Positions 1 through 17,326 of a DNA stretch of 64,000 nucleotides are shown piece by piece. The stretch comes from the human T2T-CHM13v2.0 reference genome, Homo sapiens: assembly GCF_009914755.1 (NCBI RefSeq), contig NC_060925.1, one strand, 5' to 3'. The translations under genes were made by a program, and so were the position numbers. The notes under the pieces were generated by a model that was not told the DNA's origin, ran no database searches, and saw only the letters and a program-made list of their open reading frames with translations. Numbering within the stretch: position 1 is the stretch's first letter; each line of letters opens with the position of its first letter.

Positions 1-444
<444 letters not shown>

Positions 445-2092
445 AGAAATGACTTCTTAACTGTCTTCTCCTTAACTGACATTTATTTCCTCAAAGGAAA
501 TTTCCCTGTCCACCCCATCAAAAGAAGCACTCGTGCTGTTTTCTGCCTACAACTAACACAATTATTTATTATTTCCTTGTTTACTTTCCACTCTCTACCA
601 CTGTCATTGGCTCCATGAAGGCATGAATCATACAGTTATGATCCTCCAGGGTAGTCCCAGAGCCTGACAGAGCGACTAACACGTACAAGGGACTCAATAA
701 ACGCTTGTTGAAGGAACATATTGAATGAAGTGGAATTAATGTTGTTAGAAAACTGAAAAGAGGTTACGTAGCTTAGAGATATACCTAAGAAAATTATTCA
801 GCATTTGATGAAGGGGGCTGGTGTTGAGGAGGCCCATGTGTACAGAAGAGCTTACGTCTTTGGTATTCCTTCCTCACTCATGTTAGTCGACGCTCACGTT
901 TTGGCGGAATTTCCTCTTGGTACATTTATTCCTTCTTGCCCACATCTCCCACCTTCAACTTTTCTGGCCTTTATTTCAACTAAGTGCTAGGCTTGGTAAT
1001 TTTCCTAATGATCTGGAAATGGATTGCTCTTTCACAGATGATCACGGATTGGGTTGCCCAAGACCTGGTCATAAGTCACGACTTGCTGAAAAGTGAGGGA
1101 GTTTTTTGAAGTGGAAGGGGCCTTTGGAGGTCATCCAGGAGCTTTTGAAACAGCTCCAGCAGCTGAGTTAGTAGGCCCAGTACCTTCCCTGGCAATCTGG
1201 TTTCCTGATTTGCTACAAGGTATGGAGCTGTTTATGATGCTTTTGATAGAAAATAAATGGCTCTTAATTCTACTGTAGGATGAAGTTTGTATTTGAAAGG
1301 TTTGAATAGGTTTTTCAGACCACGGTTCTACAATTGACTATAAAATTTTACAGTCTGGTTCCAAGGATATAAAAGTCTGTGATGGAGCCTCCTCTCCAGG
1401 CTACAAGTAGAAGAATTCTAAAGGCTGTGGCTACAGCTGAGAGACACTCCATCTTGGCATTGGAACCAAAAATACATTTAACAAAAGAGTCAATGTAGAC
1501 AGGCAGGTAAATTTGCTTGAGACTACTTCTAAAATTTAATTTCATCTAGAAGGTGAGTGAAATATTACTAATTAGCACATCTCATGATTTTTAGAGTGAA
1601 ATGCAATCAGACTTGTAAGACACAATTCATTTGTAAGATAAGTTTATATGCAAAGAGACTGACTTATAACTTTTTATTGTGCCAGTGGACACAACGAGAT
1701 ACCATCATAACAGTGGCCTTTTGGGTAATTTGGGGAAATAAATAATAGTTTTTGAAAATATTTGCACCAAAAAATATTTAAGTGTTAAAAAAAAGCCATT
1801 AAAATGGTCCTTTTTAGTTATCTTCAGAATTCACTTAGATAGTACTCCAACATTTGATATCCTCTGACAAATAAGGTTTGCTGAAGTCTTTCTTGACAGA
1901 TTCCTTGACTGGATGTTTAACACAGAGTCTACAATCCTGACATGTGATAGAAACCACTTCCTAGGGACCAAACAACTCTGCACGTGATTATGTATTTATG
2001 TGCCTCAAGAATGTTGTCAAGTTGGGGCCCTTTCCTGCTCGCCATCGCAGAGACAGGCAGCCTTCAATACACAGGTCCATCACTGCCCCTTA

Positions 2093-2556
<464 letters not shown>

Positions 2557-2714
2557 TTAAGGCCCATCTCAAATGTCATCTCCTTTGTAAAGCTTTCCCT
2601 TCTCTTGTGCTCCCCATGCATGACAGGAAGGGGGAAGAGGCTGCTTTGCAGTCCATTGTCACTTGGCTCCTATCTCTACCATGACATTTATCTTAGTGTC
2701 CTGTGCAGAGAAGC

Positions 2715-2990
2715 AGCAAAGCATGGAGCTATGAGCTCAGGCCTTCAGATTCCACACACTGAGTCCTGAATTCTGTTTCCACCAGTTATGAGTTGGGAGA
2801 CCAGTGGAAGACCAACATATAACTTACCTCTCTGAGTCTCAGTATCCAGATTTTAAAACCCAGCACAATGAGTCTACCTAGTTTACAAGATTAGGTGAAG
2901 ATTAAATGAGATCGTGAACAAAAGGTAATCAGCAACGTATGTGTCATATGGAAAGTTCTCAATAAAAGTTGGTTAGTACCATTACTGTTA
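2715..2990. mobile_element. MIR remnant
   Basis: acctctctgagtctcagtatcc..gaagattaaatgagat..ctcaataaaagttgg core. Confidence 0.6.
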
Positions 2991-3316
2991 CTCATGTAAG
3001 TCACCTTTGTGTGTTGCAGTAGACTCTGAGCTTCATGGCGGAATCCTTCACAGGGCCTAGCCTAGTCCTGGTGCATAGTACTTTCCTAGTGTTTGTAAAT
3101 GAATAGGCGTGATTGTTCTCAGTGTCTATTAAATGACAAGGACTATGTTACCTAAAAGGGCTGACACGACCTTAGTGGCCAGACTTCACTCTTTCTCCTT
3201 GCCGTTTCTTTGCTCTGCAATGGCCTACCTTCTGCTTGCTATCCCAGTGTTAATCGCACCCTCTTTCAATTTGAAAAGTAGTCCAGTTTGGGTGATTTAT
3301 TTAATGGTCATCTTAA

Positions 3317-3623
<307 letters not shown>

Positions 3624-4105
3624 TCATCCTGGTTTTGAGAGTTTTCATCAGCTTGATTCCCATAAATTAAGTTCCTCACTATGCAATATTCATGCCACAC
3701 GTGGCAGGCATTGTGGGGAGCATTCAGTCACTGCATGGAATTGATAAAAGGGTAAAAGGATAAAAATTGGTTCATTCTTTATTTGCTCTTTTCCCGGAAA
3801 TAAACCAGGAAAGAATATTGGGTTGAACCTAAGAAGACAGGAAAACTGGACTGAGAAACTCAACCATTTGGAGTAGTGGGATAACCTTACATGGGTAGAA
3901 CATTTGAGAATTTAGTAATCCAAAAGAAGATTTAAGAGAAAGACCCAAGAAAAACCAAGTTGAGTTTGTATATGTTCTTTGGCATAGATCTTCTTATAAA
4001 TAGTATCTTCAGGGGATACTACAGTGAAATTCAAAGCAAAAACTAAGTTCAGAGTCAAATATATATATTTATACATGAATATTTATATATATGTATATAT
4101 ATATT

Positions 4106-4722
<617 letters not shown>

Positions 4723-5019
4723 TCATTACCTCCCAGGGCTCCTTTTCTTAAGTTCTTTTGCTCTCTTGGGGTTATACTTCATCCCCTCCCCATGCACCCT
4801 TTCCTGCACCCCCTCCTCCTGGGCAGCCCTTGGCAACCCAGAGCTCTTTGGGTCAATCTTCAAATATCCCAGCAGGATTTTGCTTTTCCAGTTATATTCC
4901 AAATTATGGAATGGAAGGTGTTATTCCCTAATAAGGGAATTTCAGGGGGAAGAAAAGTCACTGGGAAGGCAATTCAGGAATGAGGATAATGCCCTGGAAG
5001 CCATCTGGAGGCGGCATAT

Positions 5020-5200
5020 TGAGTGGACAGAAAGCCTGGGCTTTGGAGTCAGGCCGAGTTGGGTCTGAATTCTGGCTCCTTGCTTTTGGCACTGGAGCTC
5101 TGGACTTTCATTTGTATGAAAAAGGATAATAATAATACCTGGCTTGTCTTGAGAATTAAATGAGACTGTGTTTATAAAACACCTAATAATGTGTCCAGGT
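5020..5200. mobile_element. MIR remnant
   Basis: gggctttggagtcagg..gggtctgaattctggctcc..ttcatttgta..gagaattaaatgaga. Confidence 0.6.
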
Positions 5201-5779
5201 CTTAGTCTAGCATGAAGGTTAAGAGGAAGTGTTTTAGAGGCAGACAGAAAAAGGGCCTACCTTTTCCTCAAGGGGGAGTGACTTGATGATCTGGTTTCTG
5301 GAGAACGAGGATAACAATGCAATTGTCACAGGACTGTTGTTAAGGCTTAAATGCACTGGAAGATTTACCTGAGTGCTTGGCATATAACAAATCCTAAATA
5401 AGTTGTGACGACTATAATATCAGTTATTATAGTAGAATACTCCAAATAAGTGTTCTGCTATTGTGTAGGCTGAATGATCGGTAGGCATTATTTTTGTTGT
5501 CATTATTATTATTGCATCATGAACATTCTTGAATTAATTTGGGAGATGAAGATCCTACTTGCTTAAATATAACTTAGAATCCTAAGTCTAATCAATCATC
5601 ACATATAATAAGTGTTATGTAGGTCTTAGTCAGTGTTTAAGATATCCATTATATTTTCCCACAGGAAAAGTTAAGGAAATGCGAAACTATAGAGGAATTA
5701 CTCAACTTTTCTGTCCTAATGACTATGGACCAAAGGTCATTCATTGGTGTATGCAATCACCCTATAAAACAAGGTGGCT

Positions 5780-6107
<328 letters not shown>

Positions 6108-8294
6108 TCAGGCTGTTGAGAGCAGTTTAGAGCATTCCAGGTAAGTCTTTGACACAGGATTTCAATTCAGCTGCCGTTAGTCACGTAGATGTACCCAAAC
6201 TTACGCTCTGATAGAAAAACAAACATTTGGTTATCTCCTTGTGCATACTTCGGGCAGAGAGAAAAAAAGGACCTGACCTTTTGATAGTCACTTTCTCCGT
6301 CCTGCATTCTGGCCAGTGCACAAGTAAATAAAAGCTGGAAACTACTGGCCTGCTCTGTCCTTCTTTCTCATGAACTGAAATTCAGCCAGTGCCAGATAGG
6401 AAACCAGAAACGGAGTATTACTACTCTACTGTGGCGCATTCCCTTCCTAGGATCATATTTTTCCAAAGAACTACACCTGAATGTGTCTTGCTTGGATTCC
6501 AAGAATCCATTTTAATGACCGTGGTTACGATCCTTTAGAAGAAAGCCAGGAATGAGACCGCTGTCTCGGGTGTGCAACAGAGCTCAGGAGCCAGGGCTCT
6601 CAGAGCACAGATTGCCAAAGGGCACTCCTGAGCTACAAGCAAGCAAATCAGCGGGGTATTTAGATGCCACAAACTGTATGCCTGTCCTTGTAGTTCCAGG
6701 AGCTAGGAAGAAACTTTCACAGCAGAGCTGCTATGCTGTCACGACAACAAAACTAAACTGCTAAGAAAGTGATGTGAGAGCTGGGAACTGCTGAGAATAA
6801 CAAGCACATAATCTCTTCTAGTACGATACGTGCTCCACAGTCCCTGCTGAGCAAAACCAGTGTTTCAAACGTCCCTTTCCGCCTTGCTCCCGCCTCATTT
6901 TACTCAAAGGTCACCTTTAATATTGAATGTGGCTGTTTGTTTACATGTTTGTTTCTCCTAGTGACCTGGGAGCTGCTGAGAGGCAAGGACTAGGTCTTAT
7001 GCTTTTTTATATTCCCAATGCTTGGCACATTGTAGAAACTCAATAAATGTTTGTTGAATACACACAAATCAGAACTCTGATGAAATAGGACTAAAGTTCT
7101 AAGCGGATGGCTGATTTGTTAGCATTATCTGTGTCTTTGTTAGATTTTTTAAATTAACAGAGCCTTACTTTCAAATCTCCATGCCCAAGTTGCTCATCTT
7201 TTCATGCACCCCCGAAACATTTTCTAAGCAACTACCCTCTGCCAGCTACTGAGGGGTTTACACAGATGGAAAATATATTTTCCCTTCCTTCAGTGAGATT
7301 ACTGAGAGTGTCATAAACTACACTCTATATATTCAGAAGCCACCCTAATAAATATTTTTGGATTTATTTGATAGTTTTGGCTGTCATCTGAAACAGAAAA
7401 TCAGTTCAACACCACTGCAGTTAATATCGACTAAACAGCTCCGAACCTCAATTGGCCAACGTTTTAATCATATGGAGACAATTTGAATTTTACTGCCATC
7501 AAGAAACAACAGGAATATTTAATGCAAGAATTAGGAATGCATACTGGTTTTCACGGTGCAGCTTGGTAATTATGAAAGCACACTTTCTTGTTGTCGTTAA
7601 AGGGACTTTTGGTAGCCAAACTATTGTTCTGGTGTGTGGTGAGTCAAAAGACCCCAATGGCCTCTCTGCCTTTGATCTTTTAAATGTCTGAAGTTGTGGG
7701 ATTTTGCATGCTACACTGATAATCTGGGAAAATGTACAATCACTATAAAAGGAAATTTTTCTATTAGTCCAAGAGTAATCATTTATAGCAAAACCACCTG
7801 ACAGAAACATGTGGGTACATATCACCCTTATGAAGACCAAAGATATTTTTACAACTGAGGATTATTTTCTTCCCTTTGTACAAATCCATATGGTGCCTTT
7901 TCAGACATCAGTCATCAGCAGTGCTGTCTCATTCAACCCCAAGAATAGAGCTCAGGAGTTTTGCTCCAAATTTGGATAAAAAGAACTTGGTATTAGGAGT
8001 TAGTTTTTTTTATCTTCCCTGGCCTAATTACTCAAAGTCAGTGGCATGTGAACTGAAGTGGAGTAGGATGGCAAGAATAAGTGAGTAGCCATGGAATATG
8101 GCTTTTCTGCCTTAGGCATACTCTGCTTGATCTATGCCCTGCACTGTGCTGCTTTCTCTTCTGGAGTCAAATGTCTGCTTGTCTCTCCAAAGAATAATAC
8201 TTGCCCCATAGTGCATAGTCCATCTGGCTACTGACTTTCATAGTGCTCTCAAAATACCACGGAGAAGAGTGGCTGCACTTTATCCATTCACTTA

Positions 8295-8326
8295 CCCACC
8301 CATCCATCCATCCATCCATCCATCCA
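8295..8326. repeat. (CCAT)n microsatellite
   Basis: ccatccatccatcc run. Confidence 0.9.
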
Positions 8327-8338
8327 CTGATTCATTCA

Positions 8339-9112
<774 letters not shown>

Positions 9113-9837
9113 TCACTGGCCAGAGCTGCTGCTTTATCCATCACACCAGCTGAAGGCATCACTGGGCTTCTAGAAATGATTAGGACTGTTTCAGTGGACC
9201 TCGGCCTTGGAGCATCCAAGCTCCGGGATAATTTAGTACCACAGTGAGCACTAGGGAAAATAATCCAAATGAAACAACAACAACAAACTTTGTTGCATTT
9301 ATATGAAATCCTTCTATTGCCCCCAAAGCAAAATGATTTCTCCCCCAGTCTGGCACATATCCTGCAGCTGTACCTTGGACCTTTGTGTAATCTATCTTGC
9401 AACACTTCATGTACCGTTGGTTTAGGGTCAGCCTAATGGTGGAGGCTCAAAAGGGAGTATGGTGTAGTAGAAAGAAGGGTAGACTGGGAATGAGGAAACC
9501 TGGGTTCGAGTGCTAATTTGACAACAAGGTAGTTTGCAGTCTTAAAACACACAACTTTTTGGGCTATCGCTTCCTTATGTGTAAAACGAGATTACGTGTT
9601 TTCCTTTTATCTTGGAAACTCTTGATTTGGAAGGCATCAAACATCCAACATGTATCATGGAGTGGAGAAAGCAGAAAAAAAATCGTGAAAAGTGGCACAG
9701 TGTAAATTTCCCAGACCTTTACAGGAGCACTCAGATCATCTTCCTTTGAAATAACAGTTCACTAATCCAACACTCAAGGTACCTATGTGTCCATGTCTTT
9801 ACCAGTTCTATCCGGTTTTTACCTTGTGTTTTTATTG

Positions 9838-10202
<365 letters not shown>

Positions 10203-10961
10203 TGAAAAAGTGGTCCGTCTTTTGATCTCCTGCTATTTCTAGCTCTGGTTCCATAAATAATTGTTGAATGAATCAATGGTTTTGTTTAGAGTGCTTGATT
10301 AGCTCTTCCTCCAAATAATTATTATTTCCATTTCAAAGATAAAATTCAGGCCCAAATATTTCAATTTGTTTATCTCAGTTCACAAAATTAGATTTGAAGC
10401 CTCAATTCCAAAGTAGTAATAGTAATAAACTGTTCTTCCAGCAACCTTCACAGAAACATTCTGAAGACCTTTGCTTCTCAGCCCCAATTCACTAATATCA
10501 AAAGCCTGCAAAATAATAATAGTTACAGTAACAATAATAATTGAGTTTTTATGCCTGTATGAAAAGCATTATCTCACATAATTCGTAAGACAGCGCTATA
10601 CAACTTCAGATGAGGATTACTGATACAAAGTGATAGTTCCACACAGATAGGAACAAAGCCAGGTTTATTTGACTTCAAAATTCATGCTCCAAACCAATGG
10701 TACACATCCCTCTGTTTGACTACCCACCCAACATAACCTACATGGAGTCTTATGCCTGTGTCTCCAGTTTGAAGCCTAAGATAATGTGAGGACATAGAGC
10801 CAAAGTTATTAAGGGAAAAAGCTTCTTAAGCCCTCAGTCTGAATGCTTATTTAGCCTCTGTGAAGAGGCTGTGTAAAGTTAGGAAATTTACTGCACCTCA
10901 GTGAGCTTCAGTTCTTTGTTGGTAAGATGTGGACAACAGCATTTACCTCAAAAAGATGTTA

Positions 10962-11459
<498 letters not shown>

Positions 11460-11921
11460 TTAATACAGAGAAGTTCTCAGCTTAGGTACCAAATAAAACA
11501 CTTTGCCTCCCTAGAAATTTTCAGAGCTTGCCCAGGCCCCTAAAAGCTATTTTCTGTCAACACTTCCACTAAGCTGAACAGGAAGAGAGGTTGCTTGTCT
11601 TATCATTAACAGAATTCTTTTCTGAGGTTTTTATTTGGGTACTTAGTGGGCCAGAATTTAACATTATCACTCCATCCCATGATACTTCAGCTGAGTAAAG
11701 TCAGAAGTATTCTTTCTTATATGTTTTTTCCTTAATTTATTTTTTTTTAAATGGGGCCATTGGTTCTGTAACAATAGTGACCTCTACAGGGACATTTATT
11801 CATTTATTCACCAAACACTAAGCATTGTGATTCTCTGTAACATATAAGATAAAAATAGTTATAATTCCTTAAAGAGCTCACATCGTAGCAGAAGAGAAAA
11901 GAGCATGAAAAGAGAATTCCA

Positions 11922-12461
<540 letters not shown>

Positions 12462-12830
12462 TAGAGAGAATTCCAAGGCGGTGAATGCGGTGCGGTGCGG
12501 AGCTATCAATGGGAACTCATGCAGATAGGCTGTGACTCCAGGGCACCAGCCACACCTGATCATCAACTGCGGCCTTGAGCCATTCAATTCACTCATCCAA
12601 CAAGTAATTACTGGTGCTTGAGACCATCCAGTTTCAAATACAAAGAGAAGTGGCATGAGGTATACACTCAGGGACTCTTCCCTCTTTATAGAAGCCATTT
12701 GACTCAAACTAGAGCAAATTCAAGTAAACGGAAGAGATACACATCTCCTCTTCTCTTTCTCTTGAGCCTAAAGAGCCTCAGTGTTGGGTTTTACCATCAA
12801 GGCCCAACTCCATATCTGAGGCATGGCTCC

Positions 12831-12891
12831 TCTCCCATCCATCTCCCATCCATCTCCCATCCATCTCCCATCCATCTCCCATCCATCTCCC
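12831..12891. repeat. 11-bp tandem repeat (TCTCCCATCCA) x ~5.5
   Basis: Perfect direct repeats. Confidence 0.92.
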
Positions 12892-13107
12892 CCTCCAGCA
12901 CAAACTTCATTGGCTCACATGGCTACCCATCCCATTTAAGACAGCTGAAGGTGTTAGAAAGGTTGACATCAAATTTACTGCCCTACTGTGTGGGATTTTT
13001 TACCTGTTCTTCCCCATGGACTGCCTTAAAGTCTGATGAACCTTAATGATTCCTTCTCAGAATAATGTTTTTAAATTCAAAAAGTATATACTATTACAAG
13101 GCAAGCT

Positions 13108-13219
13108 ATATATACATACATATACATACACACACACATATATGTTATTGTGTTATTATATATGTATTTTATATATGCTATTGTGTTATATATGTATTTT
13201 ATATATATATATATGCTAT
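13108..13219. repeat. TA/CA-rich repeat with a duplicated tatatg(t/c)tattgtgttat unit
   Basis: Seen directly. Confidence 0.8.
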
Positions 13220-13654
13220 TGTGTTAGTCCATTTGCACTGCTATCATGGAATATCCAAGGAGGCTGGGTAATTTATAAGGAAAAGAGGTTTATTTGACTC
13301 ACAGCTCTGCAGATGTACAAGAAACATGGTGCTGGCATCTTCTGCTTGGCTTCTAATGAGGGCCTTAACAGGCTTCCACTCACGGCGAGGGGTTAAGGGG
13401 AGGCAGGGGTGTCACACAGTAAGAGAGGGAGCAGGAGAGAAGGAAGGGAGGTGCCGGGCTCTCTTTAAAGAACGAGCTTTCAAGTGAATGAATGCACTGA
13501 GGGAGAACCCACTCATTACCGTGGGGAGGGCACCAAGCCATTAATGCGGGATCTACCCCCAGGATGAAAACACCTCCCACCAGGCCCTACCTCCAGTATT
13601 GGGGGTCACATTTCAACATGTGATGTGGAGGGGACAAATATCCCAATTAGATCA
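13220..13654 (-). mobile_element. MST (MSTB-like) MaLR solo LTR
   Basis: tgtgttagtccatttg..gctgggtaatttataaggaaaagaggtttattt..tcacatttcaacatg..atca; near-TSD GCTAT/GCTTT. Confidence 0.85.
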
Positions 13655-13671
13655 GCTTTATATAACTATAC

Positions 13672-13674
<3 letters not shown>

Positions 13675-13703
<29 letters not shown>
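13675..13703. repeat. (TG)n microsatellite
   Basis: Seen directly. Confidence 0.92.
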
Positions 13704-13706
<3 letters not shown>

Positions 13707-14040
13707 AAATGTATGATATACAATTGTCTGGTCCTGTTTATAAGGGACTAAATAATGAGATCTAAAAGCAGGTATGATCACTTCCATAATTTTCAAGTAG
13801 TTTTAAGTACTAGGTAAGTGTAAGTGATATTTTGAGACTCTGGTATCAACTGTAACATGAAAGTAATTCTGATTTCTATTGGTGACAAAGCTGTGATTCC
13901 ACTGATGTTACTGTGGTTTGTTACATTCGTAACTAAAGAGAATGTGATATTTCAGTTACAGGTAAGTGGAAGTCAAGAAGCAATTTTTTTTTCTATCAAA
14001 TGTCACAGATTCCCCTCAATTCTTATAGAACACCAAAGTA

Positions 14041-14880
14041 GGCTGGGCATGGTGGCTCCCGCCTATAATCCCAGCACTTTGTGAGGCCAAGGCAGGAGGC
14101 TCGCTTGAGCCCCCGAGTTCGGGACCAGCTTGGCAAACATGGTGAGACCCATCTCTTTGTAAAAAGTAAAAGTAGAGGTTCCTCTTCAAAGACTTTCCTC
14201 CCCATCTAATTAGGAATAAATAGTAACTTCTCTTAGAAGCAAAATTTATTCAGACCTGTGCTCCTAAATATTTGCCCTGGCATGCTTATACTGGTCCAAG
14301 CAAGCATTAGGTCATAGCCTGTTCCTCTTCCTTATTTAAAAGTGTTTTTACCTTTCTCAGCATTCCACAAGTTACTTCCTCCTTCCTTTGTTCTCCTCTA
14401 CCTTTGCCTCTTTTAAAAAGTTCTAAGTTGCTAGCCAATCGGGACAAATACAGAATGTGAGGTCCCGTTCCAGCCAATGGAAACCAGACACAGCAGTAGG
14501 ATGGATGCGTCAGGTTATAAATGACCCTGTTTCCTTTGTTCAGTGTACTCTCGTGGCAAAACTGCTGGCGAGTGTACCCTTTCTACGGAAGTAAAAATGG
14601 CCTTACTAAATATATTAAATTTATGTTCAAGTGCTATTTCTTTATGGCACCAAGGAACAAGCATTCCAAACATCTCCAAAAAAATTGAAAAATTAGCCAG
14701 GCATGGTGGCACATGCCTCTAGTCTCAGCTACTTCGGAGGCTGAGGTGGGGGGATCACTTGAACGTGAGAGGTTGAGGCTGCAGTGAGTCGAGATCATGC
14801 CACTGCACCACTGCACTCCAGCCTGGGCAGCAGAATGAGACCTTGTCTCAAAAAACAAACAAACAAACAAATAAAAAATC
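14041..14880 (+). mobile_element. Alu (J-type) split by the LTR at 14158-14672
   Basis: Left arm 14041-14157, right arm and tail 14673-14880. Confidence 0.9.
14158..14672 (+). mobile_element. ERV1 solo LTR, LTR10-family-like, inserted inside an Alu
   Basis: TG...CA termini (tgtaaaaagtaaaagtagaggttcctcttcaaag...attccaaaca). CCAAT at 14435 and 14474, TATAAA at 14516, ATTAAA at 14614. Near 4-bp TSD TCTT/TCTC. Confidence 0.75.
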
Positions 14881-15988
14881 ACCAAGGTAAAAAGTATCCT
14901 TATAGAGATTTTTTAAAAATCTAACCTCTGAAAACCACATAGAACAAATTAGTCCCCTTAAAAACTCTCCTGCATCTCCTAAATTAAATCTTCTAATCCA
15001 AAAATCACAGCGTTTCCAGAATTTTCAGTAATCTTATCATTTTCTTCTGCTTGAGCAAGAATTTGTTAATTTCCAAGGGGAAGCAATGAGCCCAGAAAGT
15101 CAGCGTGCATTCCAGGTTGTTATGAACAGGCCATCCCAGGGGAATGACAGATAAATTTACAGGAACACCTTGGCATTCTCTAATAATAAATAAATAAATT
15201 TTCTTCTACTTGGAAAAACAAAACCTATCAAAATTGTTGATTTAGTATTTTAATGTCTAAGTCGTAAATTTTTAAAAAATTAATTGATTTTTCATGACAT
15301 TTTTATTTTCTCACTGAAATGATCATTTTAAACATTTAGGAGTCTGTAGCATAAGGGATAAATAACACAAGACAAAAAGAAAAAAAACAAAAAGTTCCCA
15401 GGACAAAAGACTGGGTTTGTCATTTGTTTAGCCTATGGTAGATGTGTGTGTTTAGAATTTTTTGAAGACTGTGTCTTTCAGCAGATAAGCAGCAGTCTCT
15501 GATCCTAGCTCTAAATTAGCTGCAGCTGGATCTCAATAGATTCAGATCAGAAATAGTTCCTTAAGCATCAGTTTTGTGCTGAGAAATAAAAAGAAGAACA
15601 AGAAATAGCCTCTGCCCTCAGGGGAGCTTGAAAGTTAGTGAAAGATGTAAACATGTTACAAAAATAATTATACAAGGAAGACTAAAACCATATTAAACTC
15701 CAGTGGAAAAAATATCTGAAATGATGTAAAGAAAAAATTTGAGCTATTACAATGAAAAGACTTGTGTTGTCAAATGGCTTTGTTAGTAAGGCCAAAACAA
15801 TGCCATAGATTTTCGGAGGATCCTGGTTATAATACCCAACAAACACCACTGTAATCATTAGGTTATTCCTGGTCTTTCCTACTAGTATTGAGCTCTTTAA
15901 GGTACCTTAACTGTCTTCTTCACTATTATGCCCTATAATCTTGAACACTGCTTTATGCACATAGTATCTTTTCAGTACTTGTAAGTGA

Positions 15989-16342
<354 letters not shown>

Positions 16343-17241
16343 AGATTGAAATGATTCTACAGCATGCTTGACTGTGTCACTTTTTGAAAGCTCTAAGTCT
16401 TAGTAATGTCATCTGTAAATGAGGATAATAACACTACTAGCTAAGATTTTTGTAAGGATTAGATGATACCTATAAAATGTTTAGCAAATAATCATTCTTT
16501 AACTAACAACTGTCAGCCATTTCTCAGAGGGAAGCACGTAGAATTGATGTTTACAGCTGGAATGAAGCCCAGTGAGCCACTTCCGCCTTCTCATTGTAAA
16601 GAGTAAACTCAAGAGAGAGTGTAGACTTTCCCCAAGGATGTGAAAAATGGAAACAGGTGCAAACCCAGGTCTCCTGAGTTTCTTAGGTTAAATTTTTTTT
16701 TTCATAATTACTAGATAACTCTCTTCTAGGTCAAAAAAAGTCTTAATACTATTAGACCCTCTGACAGAAAGTGATGCTTTTTGCCTGTTTCCTTCAAAGT
16801 TTACATTCTCTGAGTTCATAGAAATGACATTGTAAGTGTATTTTCCATACCATTGGTCAAGTTGAAGTCTTAAATACGTATGTTTGAAGACACATATTTC
16901 TGCATTGCTCCAAGTTTTCATAAGGAACCATGAAAGGTGGTCTCTGCAGGCCAGGGGATGGTGCCTCCAGACACTGAGCACGCTCTTAGCAGAGAAGTTA
17001 AAGTTTACACAGATCTATGTTGCTCTCAAGTAGTGGGCCTGAGGGTGAATATTTTTCATCTGTTTTTCGTCTATTAGATGGATGATAAACATCTGATCAA
17101 ATCCACTCCTGTGGATCTGAAACTAAATCAATCAATATTCCATCATGATTGAAATCATATATGTAAATTCAATCATTTAATGATGGGCTAGTGCTATAGA
17201 AGATGTTTGCTGTTATTGTTTTTGCATATGTGAATAACTGG

Positions 17242-17326
17242 CAGGAATTAAATGCAAGAATGTGTGAAATAAACACAAGAATGTATGTGAAATACAGGAA
17301 TTAAACACAAGAATGTATGTGAAAAT
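17242..17326. repeat. Short imperfect tandem triplication (taaacacaagaatgtatgtgaaa)
   Basis: Three related copies. Confidence 0.8.

Larger units (their letters stand above)
13010..14035. mobile_element. Old hAT-Charlie-type DNA transposon remnant, interrupted by MST LTR and TA/TG repeats
   Basis: ttctcagaataatgtttttaaat and ttcagttacaggtaagtggaagt..tcacagattcccc resemble remembered Charlie4-like consensus. Confidence 0.45.

Noticed and set aside
12831-12891. Regular repeat as a CRISPR-like array
   Set aside because: No spacers; simple eukaryotic minisatellite.
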